Assembly: GCA_965223085.1 (NCBI GenBank) | Contig: OZ244981.1 | Coordinates: 28,397-92,396 of the forward strand | DNA length: 64,000 bases | Reading direction: 5' to 3' | Origin: Gammaproteobacteria bacterium | Lineage (GTDB): Bacteria; Pseudomonadota; Gammaproteobacteria; Ga0077536 | In this document: positions 60,461 through 64,000 of the stretch, in pieces | How the letters are laid out: the number at the start of each line of letters is the position of its first letter | Position numbering within the stretch: position 1 is the stretch's first letter | Position numbers and translations under genes: made by a program | Notes under the pieces: model-generated | Told to the model about the DNA's origin: nothing | The model's database searches: none | What the model saw: the letters and a program-made list of their open reading frames with translations, nothing else

Positions 60461-62982
60461 CCCGACTGCTGCGCCGCGCTAGCCTACGTTACCTCCGACA
60501 CCACCCGTGGCAACTCGGATTAGCAGTGCTCGGCATCGCCTTAGGTGTGGGCGTCGCGGTCGCAGTGCAATTGCTGCAACTCAGTGTGCGCAGCGCATTT
60601 GATCTCAGCATGAATACGCTGCAAGGCGCCGCGACTCACGTGATACGCCATCGTGCCGGGGAAACCTTCGAGGAAACGCTGTATTTTTCGCTGGTATCGC
60701 AGCACCCCGAGCTGCAGGCATCGCCGATTCTACATCGTGCCGTAGTGACGGCTACGCCGCCGCGTTATCCCTTGCAGCTCTTAGGATTCGATCCACTGAG
60801 CCGGCGCATGCCCCACCCAGCAAGCCTCCCCCGCGCCGTGCCTGGTATATTGATCACGCGACCAGGCAGCGCGCTCATCACTGCCGGGACCGCGGCGCGG
60901 CTCGGGCTCGTGGAACCTGGGCCGATTGTTTTGCAAGCCGCCCACGATAAAGTCTTGGAACTCGACATCGCGGCACTCATCGACACCGCGGGCGGTTCCA
61001 CAGCGCTCACCGATGATGTCGTTATCGTCGATATCGCGACGGCTCAAGAAACGCTTGCACTCGGCGGGCAGTTGACGGGAATCGAGCTCTATGGACTCGC
61101 ACCCCACGCCGCTATTATCGCCACCATCGAGGCCCAGCTACCGAATGCGCTCGAAATCGCCGATCTCGGTGCGAGCCGTCACGGCGGTCGCGAGCTGACC
61201 CGTGCCTTTGATACCAACCTCACCGCTTTGAGCCTGCTCGCGGTCATTACTGGATTGTTTTTAATCTACAATACCGCGACGTTCCTGGTCCTCCAGCGTC
61301 ACACCGTTATCGGCCGCTTGCGCGCGCTCGGCGTCAGCAGGCGCGAGGTATTTACATTGTTAATGTTCGAAGCGCTCGCGCTCGGTGCAATCGGTGCCTT
61401 GTGCGGCGTCGTACTCGGTACCGTGTTGGCCACGGCGATGCTCGAGAGCGTTGCCACAACCGTTAACGATCTCTACTTCCAGGCAATCATAAGCGACGTT
61501 CGGATCGACACCGTAATGCTGTGCAGCGCCGTTCTCAGTGGCATGCTTGGCACCTGTATTGCCGCGCTCGGGCCCGCGTGGGAAGCGACGCGCGTACCTG
61601 TGATAGGTGCAATTCTAGATCAGCCGCGTCCTTTGGTGGGGACGCAACTAGCGCGACGCTGTCTAGCGCTCGCCGTTCTTTTGCTCGCCCTCGCGCCCCT
61701 AGCGCTCGCCATATCCGAGGTTCATCTCGTCACGAGTTTCATCGCCTTTTTGCTGGCGTTGTTAGGCGCTGCACTGTGTCTTCCAAGTATCATCACCGTG
61801 CTAACTCGTCCGCCGCACGCAGCACGCGTGCCGCGTATCGGAAACGCGCTCTACGTTGGCCTGCGTACGGTTCGTTTGAGTCTCGGTCGCAGCGCCATCG
61901 CGGCAGCAGCGCTGATGGTAGCTGCGGCGACCAGTATAGCCATGGGGGTAATGATCGCGAGCTTCCGGGCAGCGGTCGATGATTGGCTGCGTACGAGCTT
62001 GCGCGCCGATCTGTATGTCACACCAAGCGGTGATTTTGCGCGTTCGGAACTGCCCGCGATCAAAAACAACTTGCTAAATCATGACGGGATAGCGGCTATC
62101 AGTACGGTAACCCGAACGACGCTAAGTGACGGTACCGACAAAATCCGTCTCAATGCTTTCGAGTTGCCGGCGCGGGCACGCGCGGGGTTTGTCTTTATCC
62201 ACGGTGACGCCACCACAATATGGTCTCGTTGGCAAAACAACGACTGCATCATCGTGACTGAACCGTTCGCCTATCACCGACGCCTGGCCCTAAATGACAC
62301 GCTGAGTTTAGCGACCAAGAGGGGAGCACATCAATTTAGCATCATCGGCATCTATCGTGATTACGCCTCCGAGCGCGGCAGCGTTAGCATGAGCCTCGCG
62401 ACGTTCAGGCGCCATTGGGACGAGCGCCCACCCGCAGGCATAGGCGTTTATGCGAATGCGAACACCGACACCACGACGTTGCGCACGCACGTTGCCGCCG
62501 AGCTACCTCGCCCTGATCATTTTTACTTGCGTTCGGCGAACACCGTGCGCCAAGAGTCGCTTGCGATTTTCGACCGCACATTCCGGGTCACCGAACTGCT
62601 GCGCACGCTCGCGATGCTCATCGCGTTGATCGGCGTAGTCGGCGCCTTGCTGGCCCAACAATTAGAGCACGCGCGACAATACGGCATCTTGCGGGCCTTG
62701 GGATTCTACGATCACGAAATTATCGCCACCGTGATCATGCAAACGCTGTTAATTGGCGTTGCCGCCGCGTCTGTTGCGATCCCCATCGGCGTCGCTCTAG
62801 CCTATTTGCTGATCGCATTCATCAACGTGCGCGCCTTCGGTTGGACGATGCAGATTGCAATCCCGGCATTCGAATTATTGCAAGCGTGGTTACTCGTCGT
62901 CGCTGCAGCCGTGCTCGCCGGCCTCTATCCCGCCTGGCGAGCAATCCGCCGCGCGCCCGCGCCCGTGCTGCGCTATGAATAA
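60457..62982 (+). CDS. Double FtsX-like ABC permease (AttF/G-like)
   Basis: RHHPWQLGLAVLGIALGV, VDIATAQ, AFDTNLTALSLLA, IFDRTF, INVRAFGWT. Confidence 0.88.
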   Translation: MTRLLRRASLRYLRHHPWQLGLAVLGIALGVGVAVAVQLLQLSVRSAFDLSMNTLQGAATHVIRHRAGETFEETLYFSLVSQHPELQASPILHRAVVTATPPRYPLQLLGFDPLSRRMPHPASLPRAVPGILITRPGSALITAGTAARLGLVEPGPIVLQAAHDKVLELDIAALIDTAGGSTALTDDVVIVDIATAQETLALGGQLTGIELYGLAPHAAIIATIEAQLPNALEIADLGASRHGGRELTRAFDTNLTALSLLAVITGLFLIYNTATFLVLQRHTVIGRLRALGVSRREVFTLLMFEALALGAIGALCGVVLGTVLATAMLESVATTVNDLYFQAIISDVRIDTVMLCSAVLSGMLGTCIAALGPAWEATRVPVIGAILDQPRPLVGTQLARRCLALAVLLLALAPLALAISEVHLVTSFIAFLLALLGAALCLPSIITVLTRPPHAARVPRIGNALYVGLRTVRLSLGRSAIAAAALMVAAATSIAMGVMIASFRAAVDDWLRTSLRADLYVTPSGDFARSELPAIKNNLLNHDGIAAISTVTRTTLSDGTDKIRLNAFELPARARAGFVFIHGDATTIWSRWQNNDCIIVTEPFAYHRRLALNDTLSLATKRGAHQFSIIGIYRDYASERGSVSMSLATFRRHWDERPPAGIGVYANANTDTTTLRTHVAAELPRPDHFYLRSANTVRQESLAIFDRTFRVTELLRTLAMLIALIGVVGALLAQQLEHARQYGILRALGFYDHEIIATVIMQTLLIGVAAASVAIPIGVALAYLLIAFINVRAFGWTMQIAIPAFELLQAWLLVVAAAVLAGLYPAWRAIRRAPAPVLRYE

Positions 62983-64000
62983 GACCACGATGGTTATCGT
63001 TGCGCTACTGTGCGCAATTGTCGCTGTGCAGCGCGGTATTTCGAAGCGGGCGCATGAATCGGTGGCGCTCGATGCGATCGCCGCGCTGGCCGCAGAGGAC
63101 TTCGATCCCGGCTTCGCCCGCGCCCTGGCGCCGATCGCTTTCGCCTTTCCGCGCGACCACGGTCCGCATCCCGATTTCCGTCACGAATGGTGGTATGTCA
63201 CCGGCAATTTGCACACCGCGGACCAACGCGCTTTTGGATTTCAACTGACTTTCTTTCGCATCTCCTTACAACCTTCCCCGCGACCCTCGAATTCCGCATG
63301 GCGAACCCACCAGGTCATGATGGCCCACTTTGCGGTAAGCGATATCAGTAACGGGCGCTTTCACCAACACGAGCGCAGCGAACGCGTCGTCGGCACCTTG
63401 GCCGGTGCGCTCGCGAACGGCCGCCGCATTTGGTTGCGCGACAGTTCGTTAGCGCTGCTTGAACCGCGTGCGCACGACTGGCATTTAGTCGCACACGCTG
63501 CCAAGGTGCAGCTCGACCTCGAGCTAGGCGCGCGCGCGCCGCCGGTACTGCACGGCGATCGTGGTTTGTCGCAAAAAGGTGAGCAGCGAGGAAACGCCTC
63601 CTATTATTACTCGCTGCCGCGCTTAGACGCTGCCGGGACCCTGACACTCGCGGGCAAAACCCACGGCGTCGTCGGTCAGGCCTGGTTAGATCGTGAGTGG
63701 AGTACGAGCGCACTCGAACGCTCGCAGCGCGGCTGGGATTGGTTCGCGCTGCAACTCGACGACGACACGGAGCTGATGTTCTACCAATTGCGCGACCAGC
63801 GCGGACGCAGTTCGATCTTCAGCGCCGGTTCCCTGCACGAAGCCGACGGCCGCCTCACGCCTCTCCGCCGTGACGATGTGAGCATCCGCGTCATTCGCCA
63901 TTGGCGTAGCCCCCACACTAGCATCCGCTATCCATCTGCATGGCGGCTCTCGGTACCGCGCTTGGGCTTAGAGTTGCACATTGCACCCCGCATCGCCGAT
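62975..64000 (+). CDS. AttH / CrtC-like lipocalin-fold protein (3' partial; absent from the ORF track)
   Basis: ATG at 62975 translates to FPRDHGPHPDFRHEWWYVTGNL...GFQLTFFR...ASYYYS...WLDREWS...GWDWF; open to the window end. Confidence 0.88.
   Translation, partial: MNKTTMVIVALLCAIVAVQRGISKRAHESVALDAIAALAAEDFDPGFARALAPIAFAFPRDHGPHPDFRHEWWYVTGNLHTADQRAFGFQLTFFRISLQPSPRPSNSAWRTHQVMMAHFAVSDISNGRFHQHERSERVVGTLAGALANGRRIWLRDSSLALLEPRAHDWHLVAHAAKVQLDLELGARAPPVLHGDRGLSQKGEQRGNASYYYSLPRLDAAGTLTLAGKTHGVVGQAWLDREWSTSALERSQRGWDWFALQLDDDTELMFYQLRDQRGRSSIFSAGSLHEADGRLTPLRRDDVSIRVIRHWRSPHTSIRYPSAWRLSVPRLGLELHIAPRIAD

Overview
GC-rich gammaproteobacterial chromosome segment. No prophage, integrase, transposase or CRISPR array is visible. 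The left ~44 kb is a PEP-CTERM/exosortase-type envelope locus; the exosortase gene itself is not in the window. It contains prsT, prsK, prsR, the associated priming sugar transferase, an exosortase-associated N-acyl amino acid synthase and a VPLPA-CTERM SGNH lipase. Embedded in it are four modules. (i) A probable lipid/N-acyl amino acid tailoring set (acyl-CoA ligase, thioester reductase, VAO/PCMH flavoprotein, PP-loop amidotransferase, hotdog protein) with a five-part Lol-like export system. (ii) A three-gene DUF2235 lipase / double-Cache membrane receptor / membrane-embedded patatin-GNAT module. (iii) A translationally coupled RiPP-like operon (Tat-signal Ser-rich substrate, PqqD-like RRE, HprK-related kinase, nucleotidyltransferase, GT-C-like membrane protein) behind a sigma-54 promoter with an enhancer. 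(iv) A glmS-glrR-Hpt-hybrid kinase unit, with GlrR-type boxes in front of a consensus sigma-54 promoter for the sugar transferase-prsK-prsR genes. The right part is housekeeping (tRNA-Pro, merR-like, ihfA, pheT, pheS, rplT, rpmI, infC, thrS, tRNA-Val, uvrB, tRNA-Asn), followed by yhhQ, a small GT2/flippase-like operon and an AttEFGH-type ABC system. All family assignments come from recognising motifs by eye, not from database searches.
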